Shown: positions 49,106-59,690 of the stretch, one piece after another
How the letters are laid out: every line of letters starts with the position of its first letter
Numbering within the stretch: the stretch's first letter is position 1
The notes under the pieces: generated by a model
What the model was told of the DNA's origin: nothing
Database searches by the model: none
Seen by the model: only the letters and a program-made list of their open reading frames with translations
Translations under genes and position numbers: made by a program
Origin: Candidatus Cloacimonadales bacterium
GTDB lineage: Bacteria; Cloacimonadota; Cloacimonadia; Cloacimonadales; JAIOQZ01
Direction: 5' to 3'
DNA length: 64,000 nucleotides
Assembly (NCBI GenBank): GCA_963674825.1
Contig: OY771587.1
Coordinates: 2,112,001-2,176,000 of the forward strand

Positions 49106-51928
49106 ATGAAAAAGCTTCTTGTTTTTCTTATGTTGAGCTGGCTTGCGCTTGCAATAGCGGCTGAGCCGGTTCTCAATCTGGTCAAGCTGCCAGATAATGC
49201 ACTTTCCGATTGCGACATCCTGTATCGTTCGAGCCAGGTAACCATCGCCGGTTGCGATGTTGTCCCGCAGGGATCACAGTCGCTTTTCCAGACGGCAGAC
49301 TATGCCGATCTGTATCTCGTACGCCATAAGGGCGGCTTCACGCCGGATATCCCCACATCTTGGGGAAAAGTCGTCTATCGCGATAACGATGCAGTGATTC
49401 TGTATGCTCCATCGCTACCGAAAGAAGAAGTATGGCAATCGGCGTACACCGCGCAAGCGCTTCGTCCGATGCCGAAGATCGATTCGCAAAGAATCTGGCC
49501 TGCACAAGATCGCGCCAACAGAACCGATATAGACGATATGATCGACGAGATTGCCAGCGAGAACATCGGTAGTAATATCCAGTCGCTGCAGGATTTCGTG
49601 ACGCGATACGCCTATGCGGACAACCGTAAGGATGTTGCGATGTGGATTCGAAGCCAGTATCTGTCGTATGGATTCGATGAGGAGAATACGATTATCGATT
49701 CTTTTTATTGGGATCAAACCTGGCACTACAATGTTGTCGCTTACATTGAAGGAACGCAGCAAGCCGATTCATACATCGTATTCGGCGGGCATCATGATTC
49801 CATCAGCGGTGTGCCGTTCGATGATGCTCCGGGAGCGGACGATAACGGAAGCAGCGCTTCCTCCGTGATGGAAGTGGCTCGCGTCCTGAAACAGGAAGGA
49901 TATGAACCGGATCGCACTCTTGTATTCTGCACGTTTGCGGCTGAAGAGATCGGTCTTGTCGGTTCATGGTTCCTGTCTTCCGCATTTGCTGAGGTGGAAC
50001 TGAATATTGTGATGATGCTCAACAACGATATGATTTCGACGAACTCACAGGCTCCTGGCGAGTGGGAACTGCGCATCGACCAGTATATCGGGTACGAATT
50101 CTACGCTAACATGGCGGTTGATCTGATGGATGATTACACCTCGCTGCAGCTCGGATCGATCTCCGAGAACAGCAGTTCATCCGACAGTTATCCCTTCTAC
50201 ATGAACGGATTTCCAACGGTTTACTTTGCCGAACAGGAGTTCTCGCCCTACTACCATTCACCGCAGGACATCATCGATAACTGCGATCTCGATTATTGCG
50301 AGCAGGTCGCACGGCTCGACCTGGCCATGATCGTCACGCGCGACAAGATGCCGTCTGACCCGGCAGAAGTGGCGGTTTATGACGTCGGTGACGGTGAATC
50401 GCTTCTGGTCGAATGGGCCGATGCTACCGACAGTGATTTCGATCACTACGAGATATACTGGGGAACCGATCCCGACAATATGGAACAAACTGCGACCCTC
50501 GACGAATCACAATACACGATCGAAGGACTCGAAGACGGTGTGGAGCTATATATCGGTGTCTGCACGGTCGATACGGATGGCTTCAACAGCCTGACTGTCG
50601 TTGTAACCGGGACACCGAATGAAGTCCCCGTTGCTCCTACAGAATTCATGGCAACACCTATCTGGGATGGGGTAGCCCTCGATTGGGCGGACAACCAGGA
50701 TCTTGATCTGGAGGGATACAATCTTTATCGCGCGGAATCGGAAGATGGTGAAATGACGTTGCTCAATCAGAGCCTTATCACGGATACCCAATATTCTGAT
50801 GAGACTACCGAAACGGTGCAATTCTACTGGTATGCTGTCGCGGCTGTGGATGAAGATGGCAACGAGAGTATCCAGACAGAACGGATGCGCTCCAGATGCG
50901 TCTCCATGGATCAGAATATCCTGCTGGTGGACGATACAATTGATGGATCCGGTGCGCCCATGCAGCCGACAGACGCTGATTGCGACGCGTTCTACAACTA
51001 CCTGATGCAAGGCGCTGAGTTTACGCAGATGGAAGCCGATGATCCTATCCGCCTGGACGACCTCTGTGCCTATTCGTCGGTTGTGTGGTATATGGATAAC
51101 TTCAATAGCGAAGGCCATGCATTCGAATCACTCGAGGCGATCAGGAACTATCTGGAATTGGGCGGTAATGTGCTGGTTTCTGGTTTTAAATCGCTTTCGA
51201 GACTCCTGGATATCCCCGGATACCCGGCGGCGTTTGCAGAGGGTGACGTGGAATACGACATCTTCGGTGTCGAAGGCGTCCAATTCTCGCCGCAGGCTCG
51301 TTTCTATCGTGCTGAAAGCATGCTTGAGGAAGGCTACGACATCGATGTCGATACACTCAAAACCTCAAGCGCGATGAATTTCCATCTGATCAACGTGGAA
51401 GGCGTCCAACCTGCGCAGCAGGTGGGTGGCTACTACACCTACGGTACCCTATACGATACAGCACCATACAACGAACTTGCCGGTGAGCAGGTGATGCTGG
51501 TGAAGTCGGCAGATAACTACAATTTCTGCGCCTTCACGTTCCCCATGTTTTACATGGAAGCCGGCCCGATGCGGGATGCGCTACGCTCGATTCTGACCGG
51601 ATTCTTCGAAGAGGATATCAACCCGGTCTCGGAAGATGTTCCTTCGATTCAGGCGGTTACGCTGCACGCGAACTACCCGAATCCGTTCAATCCCGAGACG
51701 AATATCTCGTTCAGCCTTCCTTCAGCGCAAGATGCTACGCTGAGTGTCTATAACGTTCGCGGCGAAAAGGTCTGCACGCTTGCGGATGGTCCTTTCGATC
51801 CCGGAAATCATACAGTTACCTGGCATGGCCGCGATTCTTCAGGGAAGCAGGTCTCCACGGGCGTTTATTTCTATCGACTGCAATCGAATAGAGTTAACCA
51901 GGTACGCAAGATGTTGCTGCTGAAGTAG
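49106..51928 (+). CDS. Secreted M28-family aminopeptidase with FN3 domains and FlgD/T9SS-like CTD
   Basis: Start MKKLLV (GGAGG RBS). GGHHDS, PGADDNGS, AEEIGLVGS, NNDM, YHSPQD, FN3 repeats, NYPNPFNP. Confidence 0.9.
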   Translation: MKKLLVFLMLSWLALAIAAEPVLNLVKLPDNALSDCDILYRSSQVTIAGCDVVPQGSQSLFQTADYADLYLVRHKGGFTPDIPTSWGKVVYRDNDAVILYAPSLPKEEVWQSAYTAQALRPMPKIDSQRIWPAQDRANRTDIDDMIDEIASENIGSNIQSLQDFVTRYAYADNRKDVAMWIRSQYLSYGFDEENTIIDSFYWDQTWHYNVVAYIEGTQQADSYIVFGGHHDSISGVPFDDAPGADDNGSSASSVMEVARVLKQEGYEPDRTLVFCTFAAEEIGLVGSWFLSSAFAEVELNIVMMLNNDMISTNSQAPGEWELRIDQYIGYEFYANMAVDLMDDYTSLQLGSISENSSSSDSYPFYMNGFPTVYFAEQEFSPYYHSPQDIIDNCDLDYCEQVARLDLAMIVTRDKMPSDPAEVAVYDVGDGESLLVEWADATDSDFDHYEIYWGTDPDNMEQTATLDESQYTIEGLEDGVELYIGVCTVDTDGFNSLTVVVTGTPNEVPVAPTEFMATPIWDGVALDWADNQDLDLEGYNLYRAESEDGEMTLLNQSLITDTQYSDETTETVQFYWYAVAAVDEDGNESIQTERMRSRCVSMDQNILLVDDTIDGSGAPMQPTDADCDAFYNYLMQGAEFTQMEADDPIRLDDLCAYSSVVWYMDNFNSEGHAFESLEAIRNYLELGGNVLVSGFKSLSRLLDIPGYPAAFAEGDVEYDIFGVEGVQFSPQARFYRAESMLEEGYDIDVDTLKTSSAMNFHLINVEGVQPAQQVGGYYTYGTLYDTAPYNELAGEQVMLVKSADNYNFCAFTFPMFYMEAGPMRDALRSILTGFFEEDINPVSEDVPSIQAVTLHANYPNPFNPETNISFSLPSAQDATLSVYNVRGEKVCTLADGPFDPGNHTVTWHGRDSSGKQVSTGVYFYRLQSNRVNQVRKMLLLK

Positions 51929-51950
51929 TGATAAGCGGATAACACGTTTG

Positions 51951-51990
51951 GCACCCGATTTCGCATGGCGCGAGATCGGGTGTTCTTCTT
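51951..51990. terminator. Hairpin terminator between convergent genes
   Basis: GCACCCGATTTCGC...GCGAGATCGGGTGT stem followed by T-rich sequence. Confidence 0.6.
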
Positions 51991-51999
51991 ATGATGAGT

Positions 52000-52803
52000 T
52001 TACAGGTATTGCAGTGGTTCGTTGTCATTTACACCGGCGAAAAGCTCGATGTAAGGTTTGACCGGGCTTGAAGCGATCTTCGTGAGGAGCACTTCTTCTA
52101 CCTGGAAAAATCCCACCGACTGGGTCATTTCGATCATGATGCGGATGGGTTTTTCTTTTCCTTTGGTAATTTTCACATTCTGGATTGCACCGGCTGAATA
52201 GCGATGGATATCGCCAACGCGCGGTTCGTTACGGATAAGCTGCGGGATTCGGGCGCGGCCTTTTTCCATGTCGCAGCCGTCACCGATGAGCACGAGTCCG
52301 GCTTCAAGAGTGTGAATCTTGGTTGTCGCCATATGCCCCAGAATACCTTCCGCGACCAATGAGCGCATGATGACCTGCTGTGTCAGGTCGCCGGGATAGA
52401 GCTCCTTCAGGAGCCGTTCTGTGATGGGCATCGCCAGGATCACGCTGAGTTGTTCGTGTGAATTCCGGGCGACAGTCATACCGAAGTCATGGAAAAGAGA
52501 CGCCATGAGCACGGCCACACGGCTATCCTCGACAGTTCCGATTCCTTCCTTCTCCAGATTGAATTTGATGCTGGCACTTTCCAACAGTTTGAACATCTTC
52601 ATCGCGTTTAAGGCTGCGACCCTCATGTGTACGGGGCCATGATCATTGAATCCCAATCGGCGGATCGATACTACATTTGCATAATCATGCATGATCTGGA
52701 TCTCCGGATCATCGAAGATCATCTTCGCCGTCTGCTGCGCTTTTCCATCCAGCATCTTGAGCAGTCTTTGCTCCAGCGCACTTTGTTTCTGTGATTTTTT
52801 CAT
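52000..52803 (-). CDS. HD-domain phosphohydrolase
   Basis: FNDHGPVH, FHDFG, GDGCDM, DIH motifs. Confidence 0.85.
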   Translation of the reverse strand: MKKSQKQSALEQRLLKMLDGKAQQTAKMIFDDPEIQIMHDYANVVSIRRLGFNDHGPVHMRVAALNAMKMFKLLESASIKFNLEKEGIGTVEDSRVAVLMASLFHDFGMTVARNSHEQLSVILAMPITERLLKELYPGDLTQQVIMRSLVAEGILGHMATTKIHTLEAGLVLIGDGCDMEKGRARIPQLIRNEPRVGDIHRYSAGAIQNVKITKGKEKPIRIMIEMTQSVGFFQVEEVLLTKIASSPVKPYIELFAGVNDNEPLQYL

Positions 52804-53022
52804 CTTTTTTTACCTCGTCGGATAAGTTACTGAGGGTCGGTTGTTTCGTCAAATGAAATTGATGGGACAGGGATGTTCTTAGCGTCAGTTCTTCACCGGA
52901 ATGAATCTGATTACAGTGATTCGATACGGCTTGTGAAACGTTTTTCGGAATAATTCTTGCACACAATTTAGATATATCTTATCATAGCATTCACACTAAA
53001 ATAGCCATTAAAAGGATGTTAT

Positions 53023-56000
53023 ATGAAGCGAGCAGGATTCATTATGGCATTATTTGCCATGATCGTGCTATCAGCACAGACGATTGATCTATCACCCGAT
53101 AAAACGGCACTAACCGTCGTTTCCGACCAACCCGGTATGCTGGATTTGCATCTCGAAATCGATGCGATATCCACGGGTGAGGTCACGATCGGCGGAACAA
53201 GCTACAACACTCTATCGGTCGCAGATTGGGGCGGTCTTACGCAGATCGGTTACCCGGCGCTTCCGCAGTTCGGCAAGCGAATCGCGATTCCCGGTCAGTC
53301 CGACATCAAGATTTCGATCAGTAACATCAAGAGACAGATAATCCAGGGATTCACGCCATACCCGGCACAGCCTCCGGCAGTGGACGAAGTTGGCGCAAAG
53401 ACACCAGCGTTCACGGTGGACAGCCGATTCTACAAGAGTGGAGCCACCTACCCCGAGCAAAGTGTATGGGAAGAGAATCGCGGAGACATTCGCGGTGTGG
53501 AAATGGCGTTGATCCGGTTTGCACCGGTATCCTGGGATCCGGCTACACGTGAACTCACCGTTATCGAATCCTGCGACATTACAATCCAGTATTCCACGGG
53601 TAATATCTACGACGAACGGCTGCACAGCCGCTGGTTCGATTCGCTCTACCAAAGCCGTGTGCTCAATCGCGCGCAGCTTACGCCAGCTCCCATCATCACG
53701 CGCAATCGCGATACCGGCTGCGATTTCCTGATCATCACCAGCACAGAGATGCAGGAAGCGGCCGAGCAGCTTCGGGACTGGAAACAGATGATGGGCTACA
53801 TCAGCCAGATCGCATATGTTGAAGATATTGGCGAAGATAGCGACGATATTCACGACTACCTCGAAGAAGCCTATGACACATGGGATTTCCTGCCATCATT
53901 TGTGGCCATTCTCGGCGATGCCGACATTGTGGCCTGTGACTACGTCTGGAGCGCGATCGAAAACAATACGGTCGGAACCGACCTGACCATGTTTTGCATG
54001 GGCGGTTACTACGACTACTATCCCGACTTCGCGGCAGGACGCATCTCGGTGAACGACGCCAGCCAGGCGCTGACCACCGTGTCCAAGATGATCCAGTATG
54101 AAGCGAATCCTCCGACGCAGGCATCGTTCTACCAGAACGCAACCGTGTGTGCCTATTTTCAGGATAACAATGACGACTACAATAACATGGACGGCTATGA
54201 AGACCGACGTTTCGTGAAGACCTCCGAAGAAATTCGCGACGGACTCATGGACGAAGGTTACACGGTCGAGCGCATCTACTATACGCCTTACGACCGCACT
54301 CCGACCCATTACAACAACGGCAGTTACGCCAATGGCGAAGCGATTCCTTCCGAGCTTCTCCGAGCCAACGGCTTTGCTTGGGATGGCAATGAGACAGATA
54401 TCACCAACGCTATCGAAAGCGGAACTTTCCTCGTGAATCACCGCGATCACGGTATCTCGCGTAACTACACCTACGATAGCGGCGCTGATCCATCGTTCGA
54501 CGGTTGGGGCGATCCCTACTACGATTCCTGGGATGCCGCCGCACTTACCAACGGCGACCTGCTTCCGTTCGTATTCAGTATCAATTGCCAGACCGGCTGG
54601 TTTGATGGCGAAACGGACAGTGACGATAGCAAGAACTACGAAAGCTTCTGCGAGGAATTCATCCGCAACGAAAACGGTGGCGCAGTTGGAGCATACGGAG
54701 CGTCACGCTCCTCGCTCAGCGGCTACAACGACTTCTTTGTGCGTGGCTACATCGATTCGATGTGGGAAGATTTCATGCCTGATTTCTTCGTCATGGATTC
54801 GGGTGGTTCGACCAGCTTGATGATGATCACCGGTCTGCTGGCGATGGAAGAATTCTGGGGTCAGGGGATGTATTCAGAATACGAATTCCAGATATTCCAC
54901 AATTTCTGCGACCCGACGCTGCGTATCTGGCGTCAGCAGCCGCAAGCCATTACCGTGGAACATCCGGTATCTCTGGATCTGGTCACAACATCCGTTCCGG
55001 TAACTGTGTCTGAAATCGGCGGTGTTGCGACACTTGTGTACGATGGTCAGATTCGTGGCCGTGCCGAGATCACACAGACCAACTTCTCGATCGCACTGGA
55101 TGAACCGATCGAGTTACCTGGCACAGCGACGATCGTAGTCAATACACGCGATTGCCTGGTTTACACCGGTGAAATCGAATTCATCCCCCCGGCAACAGGT
55201 TATGTCGTGATCGACAGCCTTGTTGTTTCGGATCCGAATGGAAACAATGACGGAGAATGGGATGTCGGCGAAGAGCTGAATCTCCAGTTTTTCTATCGCA
55301 ATGCCGGAACAGAGACCTGTGACGCGGTTACAGCAAATCTTTCATCGGACCAAATGATTGATCTCGATGACGATTCTACAGGAATCGAAAGCCTGGATGC
55401 AGGCGAAATGGGATCCTTTGAGATTACGGGTACGCTTACAACCCTGTATGAGGACGATCACGAAGCTGGGGTAACCGTCAGCATCGAGAATACAACCGGA
55501 ACCTTTGAAGAGCAGTTTATAATCCTGGCTGTGTATCGTGCGAAGTTGGTATGTGCGATCGATTCGGTCAATACACAGATCGACGCACCCGAGCAAATGC
55601 AGATTCCTGTTACAGTGCAAAACGTAGGTCCTGCACCGTTGGAAATCAGCGTAACGAATTTCAGCAATCAGGCAGCAGACCTGACGGGTGTTGGTAGCTA
55701 CATTACCGCGCCGTCTTCAGCGGAGTTCGAGAATCTTGAAGAGATGACCATGATGATGTGGTTCTATATCCCGGCAGGCTATAGTCCCGGGTATCTCATT
55801 TACAAGGGTGAGAGCTTCCAGAACCGCACGTTCCAGGTTGCCATTCCGAGCCTGAGTCTGCTCAATTATGGCGTAATGAACATCGATGGTACGAATTTCT
55901 CCATGAATGTGGACCACGATTTCGAAGAGGATAGATGGTATCACTTCGCGATAACAGTGTCCCAAGAAGCTATCCGCTCCTATCTGGATGGAGCACTACT

Positions 56001-56793
56001 TGCGGAAGAAGATTTCATGCCGCCGGTACGTTATAACGAAGAGGCGTTCTTCTTCGGTAGCGCGATGAACGGAACATTCGAGTTCGACGGATACCTGGAT
56101 TGTGTCGCGTTTTACTCCCGTGAGCTCAGCGATGTGGAAATCATGGAAAAGAGCTGCCATCTTATTCCATGGCAGGAGACAGGCTTGATCGGATATTTCC
56201 CGCTGGACGAGGAATACGGTGCGACTAATGTCGTGACTGGCGTCGAAGGAACTGAAATCGGCGATGTGGTCTACGATCAGGCAGGTGCGCCGATACCGAC
56301 GTGGTTCTACACAGACAATACGACACTGGAAATCGATGGTTACAGTCAGATGGATATCAATTTGATATTCACACCTGAAGATTATCAGGGAGGTCTGTAC
56401 GATTCGTATATACGACTGAACAGTAATTCCAGTTATGGTGAATCGATCGACATCCCCGTGACGATGAATTATACTTATTACTCGGTCAACGATCAGCCGC
56501 AACCGGAAGAGGCGTTCGCGGTGAGTCTGCTTTCGAATCCATTCACACCGGGCGTGCGTCCGGGCGGCTTCCGGTTCGATCTCCCCGAACCGACCAACGT
56601 TGAGATAACCCTATACAACATCAAAGGTCAACGAGTTCGTAAACTCGTGTCCGAAAAACTCACACAGGGGAATCATCGAATTGTTTGGGATGGAAGAGAT
56701 CAGACCGGAAAGACAGCGCGATCTGGCATCTATTTTGCACGGATAACTGCCGGCAAACACACCACGACACGGAAAATGTTGCTAATCAGATAA
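53023..56793 (+). CDS. Secreted C25 (gingipain-like) cysteine protease with propeptide, Ig-like, LamG and FlgD/T9SS-like CTD
   Basis: GYPALP propeptide, LGD, GRIS, NHRDHG and SINCQTG catalytic His/Cys, CDP, WYHFAIT (LamG), YNIKGQ tail. Confidence 0.9.
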   Translation: MKRAGFIMALFAMIVLSAQTIDLSPDKTALTVVSDQPGMLDLHLEIDAISTGEVTIGGTSYNTLSVADWGGLTQIGYPALPQFGKRIAIPGQSDIKISISNIKRQIIQGFTPYPAQPPAVDEVGAKTPAFTVDSRFYKSGATYPEQSVWEENRGDIRGVEMALIRFAPVSWDPATRELTVIESCDITIQYSTGNIYDERLHSRWFDSLYQSRVLNRAQLTPAPIITRNRDTGCDFLIITSTEMQEAAEQLRDWKQMMGYISQIAYVEDIGEDSDDIHDYLEEAYDTWDFLPSFVAILGDADIVACDYVWSAIENNTVGTDLTMFCMGGYYDYYPDFAAGRISVNDASQALTTVSKMIQYEANPPTQASFYQNATVCAYFQDNNDDYNNMDGYEDRRFVKTSEEIRDGLMDEGYTVERIYYTPYDRTPTHYNNGSYANGEAIPSELLRANGFAWDGNETDITNAIESGTFLVNHRDHGISRNYTYDSGADPSFDGWGDPYYDSWDAAALTNGDLLPFVFSINCQTGWFDGETDSDDSKNYESFCEEFIRNENGGAVGAYGASRSSLSGYNDFFVRGYIDSMWEDFMPDFFVMDSGGSTSLMMITGLLAMEEFWGQGMYSEYEFQIFHNFCDPTLRIWRQQPQAITVEHPVSLDLVTTSVPVTVSEIGGVATLVYDGQIRGRAEITQTNFSIALDEPIELPGTATIVVNTRDCLVYTGEIEFIPPATGYVVIDSLVVSDPNGNNDGEWDVGEELNLQFFYRNAGTETCDAVTANLSSDQMIDLDDDSTGIESLDAGEMGSFEITGTLTTLYEDDHEAGVTVSIENTTGTFEEQFIILAVYRAKLVCAIDSVNTQIDAPEQMQIPVTVQNVGPAPLEISVTNFSNQAADLTGVGSYITAPSSAEFENLEEMTMMMWFYIPAGYSPGYLIYKGESFQNRTFQVAIPSLSLLNYGVMNIDGTNFSMNVDHDFEEDRWYHFAITVSQEAIRSYLDGALLAEEDFMPPVRYNEEAFFFGSAMNGTFEFDGYLDCVAFYSRELSDVEIMEKSCHLIPWQETGLIGYFPLDEEYGATNVVTGVEGTEIGDVVYDQAGAPIPTWFYTDNTTLEIDGYSQMDINLIFTPEDYQGGLYDSYIRLNSNSSYGESIDIPVTMNYTYYSVNDQPQPEEAFAVSLLSNPFTPGVRPGGFRFDLPEPTNVEITLYNIKGQRVRKLVSEKLTQGNHRIVWDGRDQTGKTARSGIYFARITAGKHTTTRKMLLIR

Positions 56794-56808
56794 AACAAAG
56801 AGGTGATT

Positions 56809-58140
56809 ATGAAAGAATTGATCAGGGAAAACCTCCTCAAAATCGTTTCGGACTACCCGGATTTAAAGTTCGATTTCGAATACCGAATCTGGCAGACCGA
56901 CTTCCTGCGCTTCTTTAGAAGCCAGATAAACTACAATATCTCCAACCAGATCAGCCGGCTGAACGCGGTGGTCCATAAAGGAAAACGTTCCTATACATTC
57001 GGAATCACCGATCCCGATCTGCGGAAGATCAGACAGCATGTTGCCGATGCGATGGATATCATCGACAAGCTGCCGCCGGATCCCGATTTCAACGATATCG
57101 AAGATGACACTGAAATCATTGACCTGACCGACAAACCGAGTAGCATCGAAACTCTGCCTCTCGAGAAGAAGATCGACATACTGGAAGCCGTATCCAAGGC
57201 TGTGGAGCCATACGGATTCCGTATCTATGGTACATTTATCTGCAACCACATCGAGGATATCATCATCAACAGCAACGGTCTGGACAAGCGCTCGGTTCTC
57301 AGCCCCATCATGCTGGAGCTGAAGGCGGTTTCGGACGAAAACCATGTGACCGTGCTCCAATCGTTCGGAGGTGAAAACTTCGGGTTGTTCAACCAGGAGA
57401 AGTTCATCAACGATATGGTAATGAAGGTCAAGGCCGCTGGCAGCGAAATCGTGGACGTAGAGCCCGGTGAATATGAAGTGGTACTCGCTCCTCGCGTTAT
57501 TGGCGAATTGATTTTCTACCTCTCGTATGGAATGTCCGCCAGTTCGCTGGACATGAAACGATCCTTCTTTGAGGGTAAGCTCGACCAGAAGATATTCCCG
57601 GAATCGATCACGTTGCGTGACAATCCCGATTATCCAGGCCTCATCCAGTATGCCTACAATCACGACGGACACATCTACAAGCCTGTCACGCTGATTGAGA
57701 ACGGTGTGTTCAAGAACTTCTTCGTCGATAACTACTATGGACGCAAGCTGAACATGGAGAAGAATGGCGCCGGTGGACTCTGCATCGTGCTGGAACCGGG
57801 TGAAGAGACGCTGGAAGAGCTGATCAAGCCTATCAAGCGCGGTCTGTACATCTCCAGCCTGCACTACATGAACTTCATCAATCCGAAAGAGACCTCCGTG
57901 ACTGGTCTCACGCGAGACGGAACCTTCCTGATCGAAGATGGGGAAATCACTCGCGTGGTCAATAACCTGCGCTACACGCAGCGTATCGCGGAAATCGTGG
58001 AGCGTATTACCGGTATCGAGAACGCCAACACGGTCGTGCCTTTCTCCGATAATTACGAGGACTTCGACATCGAAACCGCCAGTATGCCGCACGTGCGGGT
58101 CAATGGATTTAAAATCAGTTCCTCGACGGAAACGATATAA
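56809..58140 (+). CDS. tldE: TldE/PmbA-family protein
   Basis: EPGEYEVVLAP, LIENGV, TGLTRDG; no HExxxH; adjacent to tldD. Confidence 0.8.
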   Translation: MKELIRENLLKIVSDYPDLKFDFEYRIWQTDFLRFFRSQINYNISNQISRLNAVVHKGKRSYTFGITDPDLRKIRQHVADAMDIIDKLPPDPDFNDIEDDTEIIDLTDKPSSIETLPLEKKIDILEAVSKAVEPYGFRIYGTFICNHIEDIIINSNGLDKRSVLSPIMLELKAVSDENHVTVLQSFGGENFGLFNQEKFINDMVMKVKAAGSEIVDVEPGEYEVVLAPRVIGELIFYLSYGMSASSLDMKRSFFEGKLDQKIFPESITLRDNPDYPGLIQYAYNHDGHIYKPVTLIENGVFKNFFVDNYYGRKLNMEKNGAGGLCIVLEPGEETLEELIKPIKRGLYISSLHYMNFINPKETSVTGLTRDGTFLIEDGEITRVVNNLRYTQRIAEIVERITGIENANTVVPFSDNYEDFDIETASMPHVRVNGFKISSSTETI

Positions 58141-58149
58141 GGAGTCACC

Positions 58150-59589
58150 ATGAAAAAGATCGTTTATGATATTATCAATCGTCTGAATATCCCGTCGATT
58201 ACCTTTGCCGATGTGCGCCTGACCGTCTCCGACAGCCAGGGCATCTTCTTTCAAAAGGGCGAGCTGAAGAGATTTGGAACCGAAATGGACTCTCTTGCGC
58301 TTGGCGTACGGGTTCTCATCGATGGTTGCTGGGGGTTTGCCGGAACTACAGAGGTTGGCCACGCAGCAATCGAACGCATGATAAAACAGGCTATTTCCAA
58401 CGCAAAGCACGGAAGCCGTTTCCGCAAAGAGAAGATCGCGTTTCCGGCGATCGAACCCTTTACCGGAAGCTATCTATACAAACCGGCGGAAGATCCCTTC
58501 CTGATGCCGGACGAAGAGAAGATCGCATACGTCGAGAAGATCGCGAAGAAGATGACGACCAATCCAAAGATCGTCCATTCTCACGCATCCGTGGTATTCT
58601 CACGGCAGTATAAGGTTTACGCGAACAGCGAAGGCACCTTTGCCGATTCGCTGGTTTACGACACACTTCCCGAGATCATGGTTCTCGCGTCTGACGGCGG
58701 TGGTGTCTATTCCCGTACGTATCCCGGACACATGACAGCAAAACGCGGTGGTTTCGAAGCACTGCGTGCCTGCGACTTCGAGAAAAACGCAGATGTCATC
58801 ATGGAAGAAGCCATTGCACTTATCGATGCTCCCACCGTTGAAGAAGAGCACACCGATATCATCATCGGAAGCGGACATCTTGCGCTCCAGTTGCACGAAT
58901 CGGTAGGCCACGCAACCGAAGCCGACCGTATCTTCGGAATGGAAATATCCTACGCTGGCAAGACATTCATCAAGCCGGAAATGCTGGGCAATTTCCGCTA
59001 CGGCTCTGACATCGTGAACATCTACAGCGATAGCACGGATCCCCGCGGTATCGGCTACCACCTGGTGGACGACGAAGGCGTCCCGGGCAGAAGAGTCGAT
59101 ATCATCAAAAACGGTATCCTGGTCGATCAGCAGACCTCGCGTGAAATCGCACCCAAGCTCGGTCTCCAGCCCAGCTCGAACATGATGGCCTCCCACGCGA
59201 ACGATTTCCCGCTGGTACGTATGACAAACTTCTGCCTCGCGCCGGGACAGGGTTCGCTGGACGAGATGATCAAGAATACCGAAAAGGGTTACTACATCGA
59301 CTACACTAAGACCTGGTCGATCGACGACAATCGCTACAACTTCCAGTTTACCACGGAAATCGGGTGGCGGATCGAGAACGGCGAGATCAAGAATATCGTC
59401 AAAGAACCGACCTACTACGGCATCACACCGAAGTTCTGGGCGTCATGCGATCGCATCTGCGGGGACGAGGAATGGACATTCCACGGAACCTTCAATTGCG
59501 GCAAGGGCGAACCCGGACAGGCGATGCACCTCTCGCACGGCGTTGCCCCGGCACGCTTCACGAATGTGCTGGTTGGTATAAAGGCGTAA
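58150..59589 (+). CDS. tldD: TldD metalloprotease
   Basis: GVRVL...WGFA, HESVGH zinc motif, DDEG, RMTN, CGKGEPGQ. Confidence 0.9.
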   Translation: MKKIVYDIINRLNIPSITFADVRLTVSDSQGIFFQKGELKRFGTEMDSLALGVRVLIDGCWGFAGTTEVGHAAIERMIKQAISNAKHGSRFRKEKIAFPAIEPFTGSYLYKPAEDPFLMPDEEKIAYVEKIAKKMTTNPKIVHSHASVVFSRQYKVYANSEGTFADSLVYDTLPEIMVLASDGGGVYSRTYPGHMTAKRGGFEALRACDFEKNADVIMEEAIALIDAPTVEEEHTDIIIGSGHLALQLHESVGHATEADRIFGMEISYAGKTFIKPEMLGNFRYGSDIVNIYSDSTDPRGIGYHLVDDEGVPGRRVDIIKNGILVDQQTSREIAPKLGLQPSSNMMASHANDFPLVRMTNFCLAPGQGSLDEMIKNTEKGYYIDYTKTWSIDDNRYNFQFTTEIGWRIENGEIKNIVKEPTYYGITPKFWASCDRICGDEEWTFHGTFNCGKGEPGQAMHLSHGVAPARFTNVLVGIKA

Positions 59590-59605
59590 TAAACTCACTA
59601 CCAAA

Positions 59606-59637
59606 CCCCTCTCTTTGCAAAAAGAGAGGGGCTTTTT
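59606..59637 (+). terminator. Intrinsic terminator
   Basis: CCCCTCTCTTT-GCAA-AAAGAGAGGGG followed by CTTTTT. Confidence 0.75.
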
Positions 59638-59690
59638 GTGCCCCTCCAAAGTTGTCTACTTGGATCGCCAAGCACCAGCTTGGCATCTCA

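Noticed and set aside
51949..51965. TGGCACCCGATTTCGCA as a third sigma-54 promoter
   Set aside because: GG-to-GC spacing is 11, not 10; it is one arm of a terminator hairpin and points into a convergent gene end.
56863..58410. 515-aa antisense ORF (also 18153-19094, 23410-24201, 34443-35261, 48070-48873, 60595-61251)
   Set aside because: They lie opposite well-supported genes, show no motifs, and are expected shadows of biased codon usage.
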